This document shows, in pieces, positions 54,999-63,962 of a stretch of 64,000 nt of DNA. The notes under the pieces are model-generated. The model did no database searches, was not told the origin of the DNA, and saw nothing but the letters and a program-made list of their open reading frames with translations. Position numbers and translations under genes: made by a program. This DNA is from Minisyncoccia bacterium. GTDB taxonomy: Bacteria; Patescibacteriota; Minisyncoccia; Phycocordibacterales; Phycocordibacteraceae. Every line of letters begins with the position of its first letter. Within the stretch, counting starts at the first letter, position 1. The DNA lies in contig JBBQUV010000005.1 in the NCBI GenBank assembly GCA_038212075.1, positions 9,984 through 73,983 on the forward strand, given 5' to 3'.

Positions 54999-56072
54999 AT
55001 GAAGAAGCTCTTTGCGTGGATTGCAAAAAATGAAAGACATCTTTCTACTGCCGTATTCGTGGGCGGATTCATTCTTGATAGCTTCGCGTACCAACGTGTT
55101 GATCTGCCTTGGGTAAACAGTTTGTTTCTAGGTTTTTTGGTTGCCGCGGCACTTTGCATTATTTTTAGTCACTTACTGCACCGAAACCAGGCAGACGCCG
55201 CACCTTCATGGAAAAATCCGTTCTATACCATTTTGCCTATCGCCGCACAGTTTTTCCTCGGAGGGCTTCTTTCCGGCTGTCTTATTTTCTACGCACGTAG
55301 TGCCTTTCTTGGGGTGAGTTGGCCGTTCCTCGCGCTTTTGTTTGCTGTGTTTGTTGGCAATGAAGTATTGCATAAGTACCGTGAGCGCCTTGCGTTCCAT
55401 GTTGTTCTTTTCTTTTTTACGCTGTATGCGTACGCTATTTTTGCGCTCCCTATTGCCCGTGGCGAGTTGGGCTCAATGATTTTCTTAGAAAGTGGGGCAG
55501 TGAGCGTCATTGTGTTCGCACTGTTCTTGTTCTTGCTTTGGGTGGTAGGGAAAAAACGGCTTGAACAGAGCTTACGACATATTCTTGTCGTTTCAGGCGT
55601 CATTTTTGTCCTCGTTAATATTTTTTACTTCACTGGCGTTCTTCCACCACTACCACTTGCCCTTAAAGATGTGGGCGTGTATCACACGGTAGTGCGAACC
55701 GGAGACGGGTATAGTGTGCAGACTGAAACAACCTCTCTGAACCCTTTTTCAACAGAACTTGTTCACTACGTACCCGGAACCGCACTCTATGCATACAGCG
55801 CCATTTTTGCTCCTGTGTCACTTACAACCCCAATCGTGCATCGTTGGCAAAAATATAACGACCTTACCCATGCATGGGAAACTATTGCTGTTGCCGCGTT
55901 TTCAATTGCTGGTGGAAGAGACAACGGCTACCGCGGCTATTCGTCACTTCAAGTATCAGGAGGGTTGTGGCGTGTGTCTATTGAAACCTTAAACGGCGGT
56001 GTGCTTGGGCGGATATCGTTTACGGTGGAAGTGGTGCAAGAAGCACCAACCGTACATACTGAGCATAAATAA
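54999..56072 (+). CDS. hypothetical polytopic membrane protein with C-terminal soluble domain
   Basis: 357 aa from ATG 54999; about 8 TM then a 130-aa hydrophilic domain; no motif recognised. Confidence 0.5.
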   Translation: MKKLFAWIAKNERHLSTAVFVGGFILDSFAYQRVDLPWVNSLFLGFLVAAALCIIFSHLLHRNQADAAPSWKNPFYTILPIAAQFFLGGLLSGCLIFYARSAFLGVSWPFLALLFAVFVGNEVLHKYRERLAFHVVLFFFTLYAYAIFALPIARGELGSMIFLESGAVSVIVFALFLFLLWVVGKKRLEQSLRHILVVSGVIFVLVNIFYFTGVLPPLPLALKDVGVYHTVVRTGDGYSVQTETTSLNPFSTELVHYVPGTALYAYSAIFAPVSLTTPIVHRWQKYNDLTHAWETIAVAAFSIAGGRDNGYRGYSSLQVSGGLWRVSIETLNGGVLGRISFTVEVVQEAPTVHTEHK

Positions 56073-56100
56073 AAAACAGCCCTCGTGAGGGCTGTTTTTT
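56071..56100. terminator. bidirectional rho-independent terminator between the convergent 54999-56072 (+) and Hsp20 (-) genes
   Basis: AAAAAACAGCCCTCGTGAGGGCTGTTTTTT. Confidence 0.75.
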
Positions 56101-56599
56101 ATCCGATCTTCACCTTTATTTTTGTCTGGCGTGCCTTATCATGTTTAGGTAAAATGATAGTGAGCAAGCCGTCTTTAGAGGTTGCGGCGGAATTTTCAAC
56201 ATCTGCTTCCTGGGGAAGAAGAATAGTGCGGGTGAACGCTCCCCAAAATAACTCGCGGGTGAAGTAGTCTGATTCCGACACTTGTTCGCGTTCTTCACGA
56301 GATCCTTCAATAATTACCATGTCGCGGCTGATGGAAACATTGAGGTCGTCTGCGCGGACACCGGCAACAAAGGCGCGAATGACCATTTCGTTTGCTGTTT
56401 GGTACACATCTACCGGAAGCTGACCTTCAGCATCTTCTTCTTGTTGAATTTGTCCAAGACTTGGGGCAGTGCGGGTAATCTGTGGTTGTATTTTCTTTGC
56501 CGATTGAATCGGCATATCTTCATCAAAAGGATCATACTCACCAGTGGGAGAAGAGCCGGAAAGGCGTTCGAAGAATGAGCGTTTTTTAATAAGAGCCAT
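56099..56599 (-). CDS. Hsp20/alpha-crystallin family small heat-shock protein
   Basis: 166 aa; alpha-crystallin domain blocks DVYQTANEMVIRAFVAGV...KDGLLTIILPK. Confidence 0.85.
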   Translation of the reverse strand: MALIKKRSFFERLSGSSPTGEYDPFDEDMPIQSAKKIQPQITRTAPSLGQIQQEEDAEGQLPVDVYQTANEMVIRAFVAGVRADDLNVSISRDMVIIEGSREEREQVSESDYFTRELFWGAFTRTILLPQEADVENSAATSKDGLLTIILPKHDKARQTKIKVKIG

Positions 56600-56601
56600 A
56601 A

Positions 56602-57324
56602 TCAGCAGACATTTTTTGGTAAATTTCGGTAGCGATAATATTTCAAGACTTCAAACAACACGAAAAAGACAAGCACGCCGGTCCAGACGGTGAAAAACGC
56701 GGCAAGCGTCGTAGAACCGTCTTGAGAAATTATAAGAAAATTAAATAATGTATGCAATGCGGCGGCAAGGATAAGTCCCCCCGCCGCCGCCCCGATACGA
56801 ACCGCCGCACTTCTGGTTGCTGAGAAAGCAAGGGTGAAGCCGATTGCGGAAGAGGCGACTACGTGGAGAAGGGTAGAGCCGACAAAGCGAAGATTATCGG
56901 TTAAAAAACCATCGGCAAAGTGTCCGGCAGAGAAGGGGCCGATAAGAAATAGCGCGTTTTCAAGAGCGGCAAACCCAAGCGCCGCCGTAATCATGTAAAT
57001 AACGTAATCAATAGATTCGTCGACCGCGCGTCGCCACAAGATCATCAGAGCGACAACCGCATATTTTAGGGTTTCTTCGATCAATGCCCATGAAAGCAGA
57101 ACTCTGTTATTAAGTGTGGCTCCGGTGCAGGCGTTCCAGTAGGAGCATGCAAAGTGTTCAAGGGGTAAGGCAAGCACCACCGCAATCATTCCGGCGAAGA
57201 ACGTAAGGGCGATGAGCTGTTTGGGTTCAGGACAGCGTGCGTCTTCGCGTAAAAGGAAAAGGAGCCAAATGATAGCCGGCAAGATACCAGCAAGGAAGGA
57301 AAAAAGGATGACGGTGAAGTTCAC
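56602..57324 (-). CDS. PrsW-family (CPBP-related) intramembrane metalloprotease
   Basis: 240 aa polytopic; EETLKY (EExxK), GFAALENALF, HVVASS motifs as in PrsW/YpdC. Confidence 0.55.
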   Translation of the reverse strand: MNFTVILFSFLAGILPAIIWLLFLLREDARCPEPKQLIALTFFAGMIAVVLALPLEHFACSYWNACTGATLNNRVLLSWALIEETLKYAVVALMILWRRAVDESIDYVIYMITAALGFAALENALFLIGPFSAGHFADGFLTDNLRFVGSTLLHVVASSAIGFTLAFSATRSAAVRIGAAAGGLILAAALHTLFNFLIISQDGSTTLAAFFTVWTGVLVFFVLFEVLKYYRYRNLPKNVC

Positions 57325-57363
57325 TACTATATTCTAACACTTGGTCGAGAATTTCTTCGGCTC

Positions 57364-57416
57364 AGGAGCCCTTGGCCGAAGAGAGACCAGAGTTTAGTCT
57401 TCGACCAAGGGCTCCT
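57364..57416. repeat. 18-bp inverted repeat (1 mismatch, 17-nt loop) in the PrsW-Hsp20 upstream / valS downstream spacer
   Basis: AGGAGCCCTTGGCCGAAG (57364-57381) vs CTTCGACCAAGGGCTCCT (57399-57416); an outer TTGGTCGA/TCGACCAA pair adds nesting. Confidence 0.55.
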
Positions 57417-57456
57417 TTCGCCTCAGTACCTTGTCCGCGCGTCTGCGCAGTCGTAG

Positions 57457-59625
57457 CTATATCGGCCATTTCGCAGTCATCAAAAGATCAGCGTTCTTGG
57501 TTGGAAGAGATGCCCAGATTTCTTCCGTAATGAACGGCATAAATGGGTGGAGTAGCTGTAGTGATTCTTCGAGAAGTAGTACCAGGAGCGTCTTGCGAGA
57601 TGCAATAACTTCTGGAGCCGCATCACTCGGTATTTTATGAGTTCCAAGAATTTTTTTGGAATCTTCAAGAATGGTGTCCGCTAGACGGTGCCACACATAG
57701 TGGTAGAGTTTTTCACCGGCGATATAAAAACGGTAGTTTTCCAAATCCTTCGTGACATCTTTGGCTATCTCGTGAAGTTCCGCACGTAATACGGTGTCGG
57801 CATTGGTGAGCGGTGCATTACTGTCGGTATCTTGTGCATTTTCAAAAACAAATCGTGCGATGTTCCAGAGTTTGTTCGCGAAAAGTTTGTAGGCTTTTAT
57901 TTTTTCTTCGTAGAGCGCCGTCGTCGTTCCGGGAGTGTTTCCGATAATAAGCCCCATACGAAGTGCATCGGTGCCGTATTTGTCCGAAAGCTCAAGCGGG
58001 CTAATAACATTTCCTTTTGATTTACTCATTTTCTGCCCGTCTTTCGCAACAACAAGGCCGTGCAGGTACACGGTAGAGAAGGGGAGTTGTCCCGTGCGAT
58101 ACAAACCGAGCATAATCATGCGCGCAACCCAGAAGAAAATAATTTCTCCGGCGGTTTCCATCACCTGCGTTGGGTAAAACTTTTTAAAATCTTCCCCGTC
58201 TGGGTAGCCAAGGGTGGCAAACGGCCACTGTCCCGACGAAAACCACGTATCAAACGTGTCGGTTTCTTTTACCCATCCGTCGCCTTCCGGCTGTTCCTCG
58301 CTAACACGGATTTCGTCACCCTTGTACCACGCAGGGATAGGGATGCCCCACACAATTTGTCGCGAAACATTCCAGTCTTCAATGTTGGTGAGCCAGTGGA
58401 GCAGTATCTTTTTGTAGTGCTCGGGATAAAACACCACTTCGTCCTTTTCAATCTTTTCGATTGCAGGAGCGGCAAGCGGCTTCATCTTGATAAACCACTG
58501 GTCTTTAATTTGCGGTTCAATCATGCTACTGCATTTGTAACAGCGCTTCACCATGTTTTTATACTCAGTATCGGTTTTCACGAGAAGTCCTTTGTTTTCC
58601 AATTTCTCCACAATCTTCGCGCGCGCTTCGGTAATCTTCATGCCCGCAAATTCGCCTGCAATAGGTAGCAGTTTTCCGCGCCAATCAATAATTTGCTCCG
58701 CATCAAGGTTGTGGCGTTTTGCGATTTCAAAGTCCACCTGTGAGTGCCATGGCGTGATGGTCATTACACCTGTACCAAATTCTGGGTCTACTGCCTCGTC
58801 TTTAATAACCGTTGCAACAATGGGGCCGTTAATCCACTCCACTTCAAGCGTGTCGCCGTGTTTATATTCGGCATAGCGTTTGTCGTTTGGATGCATTACT
58901 ACGTATTTGTCGCCGAATTTTGTTTCTGGACGCACCGTGCCGATAGTGAACGGACCGTATTTGAAATAGTAAAAAGGAGTTTTTTCCTCAACGGTGTCGG
59001 TCTCAAGTTCTGAAAGAGACGTTTGGTGTTTCGGGCACCAGTTCACGGTGCGTTTGCCGCGGTACACAAGCCCGTCTTCGTGGAGTTTTTTAAACGTGCC
59101 GTATACCGTTTTTACAATCTCCGGATCAAGCGTGAATGTTTCGCGACTCCAATCACACGATGCGCCAAGTGCGCGCAACTGACCTTCCATGAAGGATTTG
59201 TTATGAAGGGTGAAATCCATGATTTCCTGACGCAGTGCTTCCGGTTCCATCTGAAAACGAGAACGCCCTTCTTTTTCAAGTTTCTTTTCGTATACCACTT
59301 GAGTTTCAAAACCCGCATGATCGGCACCGGGGAGCCATAGTGCCTTGTATCCCTGCATACGGCGGAAGCGGGTGATAAGGTCTTCAATAGCCACAAACAC
59401 AGCGTGGCCAGCGTGAAGACTGCCGTTTGCGTTTGGGGGCGGCATAATAACCGTAAACGGACCCTTGTCGGCATCCTGTAGGTTGTCGGGGTTAAATGCG
59501 CCGCTCTTCTCCCACGTTTCGTACACGCGAGGTTCGGTTTCTTTCGGGTTGTAGGGCTTTAGAAACTTCTCGTTCGCCCCGCTCGAAAGGGGTGACGGCA
59601 AGGGTTCTTTTCTAACGGGATCCAT
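57457..59625 (-). CDS. valS: valine--tRNA ligase (compact form, no long C-terminal coiled coil)
   Basis: PPPNANGSLHAGHA (HIGH region, ValRS-type PPPNxTG); KMSKSKGNVI; start set at MDPVRKEP (59625); the 143-codon upstream in-frame extension in the ORF track is not protein-like. Confidence 0.85.
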   Translation of the reverse strand: MDPVRKEPLPSPLSSGANEKFLKPYNPKETEPRVYETWEKSGAFNPDNLQDADKGPFTVIMPPPNANGSLHAGHAVFVAIEDLITRFRRMQGYKALWLPGADHAGFETQVVYEKKLEKEGRSRFQMEPEALRQEIMDFTLHNKSFMEGQLRALGASCDWSRETFTLDPEIVKTVYGTFKKLHEDGLVYRGKRTVNWCPKHQTSLSELETDTVEEKTPFYYFKYGPFTIGTVRPETKFGDKYVVMHPNDKRYAEYKHGDTLEVEWINGPIVATVIKDEAVDPEFGTGVMTITPWHSQVDFEIAKRHNLDAEQIIDWRGKLLPIAGEFAGMKITEARAKIVEKLENKGLLVKTDTEYKNMVKRCYKCSSMIEPQIKDQWFIKMKPLAAPAIEKIEKDEVVFYPEHYKKILLHWLTNIEDWNVSRQIVWGIPIPAWYKGDEIRVSEEQPEGDGWVKETDTFDTWFSSGQWPFATLGYPDGEDFKKFYPTQVMETAGEIIFFWVARMIMLGLYRTGQLPFSTVYLHGLVVAKDGQKMSKSKGNVISPLELSDKYGTDALRMGLIIGNTPGTTTALYEEKIKAYKLFANKLWNIARFVFENAQDTDSNAPLTNADTVLRAELHEIAKDVTKDLENYRFYIAGEKLYHYVWHRLADTILEDSKKILGTHKIPSDAAPEVIASRKTLLVLLLEESLQLLHPFMPFITEEIWASLPTKNADLLMTAKWPI

Positions 59626-60036
59626 TGCCTTGAAATATAGCAAATATGCGGTCCTTATGATATCTTCGGCGCGGGTGCTTTTTGGAGTTTCGATATGAGC
59701 GAAAGCCCACGACGGCCACGGTTTTTTGGAACGTTTCAACAGATAGTGCTTCGCAGTTTCGTTGAGCAACTTGAAGGACATAAAAAGTATTGGGATGACC
59801 CGTACTTTTTCCGGCAAGTGGTGAAGGCGGCTGATGAGTACTGCAGATTTGGTCGTGTTGGCATTGCGACTAAGTTCAGCGTAAGCACACAAATGGTGTG
59901 CAGGTGGGAAGCAGGTACTTTTATCCCACCACTTGAACGCAGGCAGTTCGTCATCAGCACGCTTCATGAAATGGTGAGCGGCATGCTCACCACCGGCGAA
60001 GTCATCAGTGGTACGTTTCCAAAAATTGTGGCAAAA

Positions 60037-60064
60037 GAAGACCCGCCGTAACACGCGGGTCTTC
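60037..60064. terminator. rho-independent terminator hairpin immediately downstream of tsaD (T-tract on minus strand)
   Basis: GAAGACCCGC-CGTAACAC-GCGGGTCTTC; minus-strand continuation CTTCTTTTGC. Confidence 0.6.
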
Positions 60065-60068
60065 GCCT

Positions 60069-61244
60069 TTATGCAAGCGAGAGATTTCCGTCCGCTTTTA
60101 AGGTTTCAAGGTTGGCGAATTCTTTGCGGGAGGCGCGATAAAAACCTGCAAGAGCAATCATGACGGCATTGTCGGTGGTGAGCTCGGGGGAGGGAATACG
60201 GAGCGAAACTTCCGGATACTTTTCTTTCATTTTTGTTTCAAATACGCGACGAATGTGTTTGTTTGCAGAAACGCCGCCGCCGATGACGAGCGTTTGTGCG
60301 CCTGTCTGTTCAACTGCGTCCGCTGACTTTTTCCACAGCACATCGGCGGCGGCGTTTTCAAACTCGTGTGCGATATGTTTTTTCTGTGTTTCATCCACGT
60401 TTGGATTGTTTTTCAAAAGATACAGTACCGCAGTTTTAAGTCCCGCAAACGAAAAATCACCGGTTCCAGAATCAATCATGGGGCGCGGAAGCGCGTACGG
60501 ATTCGTTTCATTCATTGCGCGCGCTTCCTCTGCGAAACGAGAAATTTCAGGGCCTCCGGGATAGGGAAGTCCAAGCATGCGCGCGACTTTATCAAATGCT
60601 TCACCCACAGCATCGTCACGCGTTTGTCCCACAAGCTCGTACGAAAGCCACTCTTTCATTAGCACCAGTTCCGTGTGCCCGCCAGAAATAAGGAGTGCAA
60701 GTACGGGCATTGCTACGTCTTTTATAAAAATGCTTTCCCTTCCCTTTTCTGCAAGCGCAGAAAGAATGTGCCCTTCCATATGGTTCACCGCTACCACGGG
60801 CTTATTCCAAACAATAGAAAGTGCTTTTGCAAAATTAATGCCAACCCACAGCGCTGGTTCAAGTCCGGGGCCGGCGGTTACGGCAATGGCATCAATATCG
60901 GGAATTTCGGATTCAGAAATGAATTCCAGAAATGCATCGGAAAGTCCGGGCTCACGCTCCAGAAGCTTCACAATGTCTTCGCGCGTTTCGTTCGCAATGG
61001 ATTGCGTGTCTTCGCGGAGCAGTTCCGCTTCTGCGAGTGCGGCTTCAAGAATAGGCACAAGGTTTTTTGCGTGTTCGCGTTTTGCGAGTGCCGGAAACAC
61101 ACCACCGTATTCTTGATGAATAGCTATTTGTGAAATAAGTCCGTTCCCGAGAATGGTAAATTCTGCACTCTTTTCATCGCCAGTAGCTTCAACAATCGCA
61201 ATGGCAGTTTCGTCGCACGAAGTTTCTATGGCGAGTATCTTCAT
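60069..61244 (-). CDS. tsaD: tRNA N6-adenosine threonylcarbamoyltransferase TsaD (Kae1/YgjD)
   Basis: MKILAIETSCDETAIAIV; metal-binding HMEGH; GGGVSANKHIR; ATGA overlap with the upstream DHH gene sets the start at 61244. Confidence 0.9.
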   Translation of the reverse strand: MKILAIETSCDETAIAIVEATGDEKSAEFTILGNGLISQIAIHQEYGGVFPALAKREHAKNLVPILEAALAEAELLREDTQSIANETREDIVKLLEREPGLSDAFLEFISESEIPDIDAIAVTAGPGLEPALWVGINFAKALSIVWNKPVVAVNHMEGHILSALAEKGRESIFIKDVAMPVLALLISGGHTELVLMKEWLSYELVGQTRDDAVGEAFDKVARMLGLPYPGGPEISRFAEEARAMNETNPYALPRPMIDSGTGDFSFAGLKTAVLYLLKNNPNVDETQKKHIAHEFENAAADVLWKKSADAVEQTGAQTLVIGGGVSANKHIRRVFETKMKEKYPEVSLRIPSPELTTDNAVMIALAGFYRASRKEFANLETLKADGNLSLA

Positions 61245-62101
61245 TTCTGCTCCGTTTCTTCTACCAATTTCCATGGCATAGGTGCGTCGAGTCCCACTCT
61301 GAATCCTGCGCTTTTAGGGTGGCCGTTACCACCGTATTTTTGCGCAATTTTTGCAACATCTACGGAACCATCTCCGCGAATAGAAACGCCGTATCCTTCT
61401 GGGTGTGCAGAAACAACAAGTGCAAACGGTCCCTGTTTGCTTGCAAGAAGATTACCAACAAGTGATTTCATCGTTGTCATGGGGTGTGCGACCGCAAAAT
61501 ACACTTCGTATCCTTCAAACATAACGAGTTTTGCTTCGTGTGCCGCGTATTCGGCAAGCAGTACAAAGTATTCGGCATAGGTTCGCGCGTCAGCAAGCAC
61601 GCTCTCCCTGCAGTCAGGGTCGTCTAATTTTTTTGCGAGATCGTTCCACTCAGGAAAGGTGAACGAACGCACGGTGAGGTAGGAAAGTACGGGGCGAGTG
61701 TTGGGAAGAGAGAAACGGAAGAGGTCGTCGTCTTCAATGTAGGTAAGCAATTCTGGAAGTGGAACGCCGGGATGAAAATATGCCCATGCTATGGACGCGC
61801 CGGAGCGGTTTGCGTCGTATACAAATTTTGGCATGGACTCTATCACTTCTTTCATACCTTCATGGTGATCAAGCACGGTGAGTGAAGCGGCTTTTGAAAC
61901 AAGATCGTCCATCGCTTCTTTTGGATAGCAAAAATCTATGAAATACACATCGGCACCCGACACCTCGTGTTCAAAGGGCTTTCCGTGTTTCAATCCAATA
62001 TATTCAGCGTCGTCACCGAATTTTTTCCATGCGGCATAGGCTCCGCCAAACCCATCGGGGCAGTCACCGTGGTAGAAAATGAGGGTTTTTGTTCCAGTCA
62101 T
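61241..62101 (-). CDS. DHH-family phosphoesterase (NrnA-like oligoribonuclease / pAp phosphatase)
   Basis: 286 aa; DHH motifs YHGDCPDGFGGAYA and VLDHHEG; DHHA1 GGNGH. Confidence 0.7.
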   Translation of the reverse strand: MTGTKTLIFYHGDCPDGFGGAYAAWKKFGDDAEYIGLKHGKPFEHEVSGADVYFIDFCYPKEAMDDLVSKAASLTVLDHHEGMKEVIESMPKFVYDANRSGASIAWAYFHPGVPLPELLTYIEDDDLFRFSLPNTRPVLSYLTVRSFTFPEWNDLAKKLDDPDCRESVLADARTYAEYFVLLAEYAAHEAKLVMFEGYEVYFAVAHPMTTMKSLVGNLLASKQGPFALVVSAHPEGYGVSIRGDGSVDVAKIAQKYGGNGHPKSAGFRVGLDAPMPWKLVEETEQK

Positions 62102-62147
62102 ACAGTCGTTATAGCTTATTTATAGAGGGTATACTAGTGAACATCCT

Positions 62148-63098
62148 ATGAAATCCATCTGGGTGGAGAACCCTCCACACACCACGAACCCCCTCACGTT
62201 CTTTCTTTTTGCGAGTCGTCCGCATTGGAAGATGGCAACAACAGCGTCTCTTTTTGTTGTTGCGGCGTCAATGTTGCGTGCGCTTATTCCGTATGTGTAC
62301 AAGATAATCGTTGATACCACAACGCATTTCACTCCAAGCTCGTATACCGCACTCTGGCATATAGCCATCGTGTATATTTTTCTTACGCTTGGCGGGAATT
62401 TGTTGTGGCGCGCAAGTGGATTTGCCGGCATGTATTGGGGAACCGGCGTTCGTGCAACGACGCGGGAAGTGCTTACGTCGTACGTGACGCTTCATAGCCA
62501 CCAATATTTTTCTGACCGATTTGCCGGCTCACTTTCAAGCAAAATCAAGCAGGCAGCCGACAGCTTCCGTGAGTTTGTTGAAATATACTTGTGGCAATTT
62601 CTTGCGTTTGCGGTTTCGGTCATCGCTAGTTTTGTTGTCGTATTTCTTGCGAACCCATTTCTTGGATTCGTGCTCATGGCATTGTTTATCGTTATCACGC
62701 CACTCAATATTTATTTTGCCCGGAAGCGTGTGCCTATTTCTTCGGCAACACAAACGAAAGAAACAGCGCTCACTGGTGTAACGGTAGATATGTTGACGAA
62801 TATCACGGCAGTGCACGAATACGCGAGGCGTGAATTTGAAATACATCGTTTGCGAGATTTTATTCTTGCGCGCCGCATTTCCGGGCTTCGTAATTGGCGC
62901 TACGGAGAATGGACCCTGGTGACGAATAATCTGGTGCAAAGTTTGTTTACCGGAGCAATGCTCCTTATCGCGGTGTACCTGTTTACACACCAAGCCGTTA
63001 CTCCGGGCGACATCATTCTGTTTCTTTCTATGATTGCGCTTATTGAAGACCAGCTTACGTTTATCGGAAGCCAATTTAATAGTTTTGCGGAAAGCTAG
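62148..63098 (+). CDS. ABC exporter transmembrane-domain half (ends at an in-frame TAG in the TMD-NBD linker)
   Basis: 316 aa, 6 TM; paralog of the N-terminal half of 26058-27863; same frame continues into 63108-63920. Confidence 0.6.
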   Translation: MKSIWVENPPHTTNPLTFFLFASRPHWKMATTASLFVVAASMLRALIPYVYKIIVDTTTHFTPSSYTALWHIAIVYIFLTLGGNLLWRASGFAGMYWGTGVRATTREVLTSYVTLHSHQYFSDRFAGSLSSKIKQAADSFREFVEIYLWQFLAFAVSVIASFVVVFLANPFLGFVLMALFIVITPLNIYFARKRVPISSATQTKETALTGVTVDMLTNITAVHEYARREFEIHRLRDFILARRISGLRNWRYGEWTLVTNNLVQSLFTGAMLLIAVYLFTHQAVTPGDIILFLSMIALIEDQLTFIGSQFNSFAES

Positions 63099-63107
63099 GG
63101 AACCGTT

Positions 63108-63920
63108 GTGGAAAGCTTGAGCGATATATTGGGGCCACATGATGTTGCCGACACCAAGCGCGCCCGTCCGATAGTGGTCTCTAAGGGTGAGCTTTCATTT
63201 GAATCTGTTTCATTTAATTACGGCGGAAACGCGGTGTTTGAAGATTTGTCGTTCACTATTCCAGCAGGGCAACGCGTCGGTGTCATAGGACGAAGCGGCG
63301 CAGGCAAATCGACACTGATGAAACTTATTTTGCGGCACTACGATTTAACAGGCGGACGTATTTGCATCGATGGGGTAGACATTGCATCGGTAACGAAGGA
63401 AAGTCTGAGAGCTTCTATTGGAGTTGTACCGCAGGATTCTTCATTGTTTCATCGCACCATTGAAGAGAACATCGCATACGGCAAACACCCAGCTTCTAAG
63501 GAAGCTGTTATTCACGCCGCACAGCTTGCGCAAGCGCATGAATTTATCGAAACCTTACCGCAAGGGTACGATACGCTTGTTGGCGAACGTGGCGTGAAGC
63601 TTTCTGGTGGCCAACGGCAACGCATTACGATTGCGCGTGCATTATTAAAAGATGCTCGGGTGTTGCTTCTCGATGAAGCGACAAGTGCGCTTGATAGTGA
63701 AAGTGAGATTGCGGTGCAGAAAGCACTTTTGAATCTGATGGAAACAAGAACAGTGATCGCTATTGCGCACCGCCTTTCAACGCTTCGCGCGATGGATAGG
63801 CTTATGGTGTTCGATGCTGGGCGTATTGTAGAAGATGGTACGCACGACGAACTGATTGCGAAGGGCGGGCTGTACGCAGACCTTTGGAATCACCAGGCTG
63901 GTGGATTTCTTGAAGATTGA
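63108..63920 (+). CDS. ABC exporter ATP-binding half (GTG start 10 nt after the TAG)
   Basis: 270 aa; Walker A GRSGAGKSTL; LSGGQRQRITIARALL; C-terminus WNHQAGGFLED (compare WEIQAGGFIEDD of the intact paralog). Confidence 0.6.
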   Translation: MESLSDILGPHDVADTKRARPIVVSKGELSFESVSFNYGGNAVFEDLSFTIPAGQRVGVIGRSGAGKSTLMKLILRHYDLTGGRICIDGVDIASVTKESLRASIGVVPQDSSLFHRTIEENIAYGKHPASKEAVIHAAQLAQAHEFIETLPQGYDTLVGERGVKLSGGQRQRITIARALLKDARVLLLDEATSALDSESEIAVQKALLNLMETRTVIAIAHRLSTLRAMDRLMVFDAGRIVEDGTHDELIAKGGLYADLWNHQAGGFLED

Positions 63921-63926
63921 TCGTGA

Positions 63927-63958
63927 GAAAGATCTGTCGTAAGGCAGATTTTTCTGTT
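63927..63958 (+). terminator. terminator-like hairpin after the ABC gene
   Basis: AGATCTG-TCGTAAGG-CAGATTTTTCTGTTTTT. Confidence 0.45.
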
Positions 63959-63962
63959 TTTG

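Noticed and set aside
54664-55094. Minus-strand ORFs of 92-120 aa
   Set aside because: They overlap tRNA-Phe and the start of the downstream membrane-protein gene, and are antisense artefacts.
59626-60036. Canonical T-box riboswitch upstream of valS
   Set aside because: There is no AAUUAGGGUGGNACCGCG T-box sequence. The closest match (GGUGGGAUAAAAGUACC) has an 8-nt insertion, so this was not called.
59626-60054. 143-codon N-terminal extension of valS
   Set aside because: ValRS homologs begin near the ..YNP..E.R.YE.W.. block, and the H/W/C-rich extension is not protein-like. The region is kept as a separate finding.
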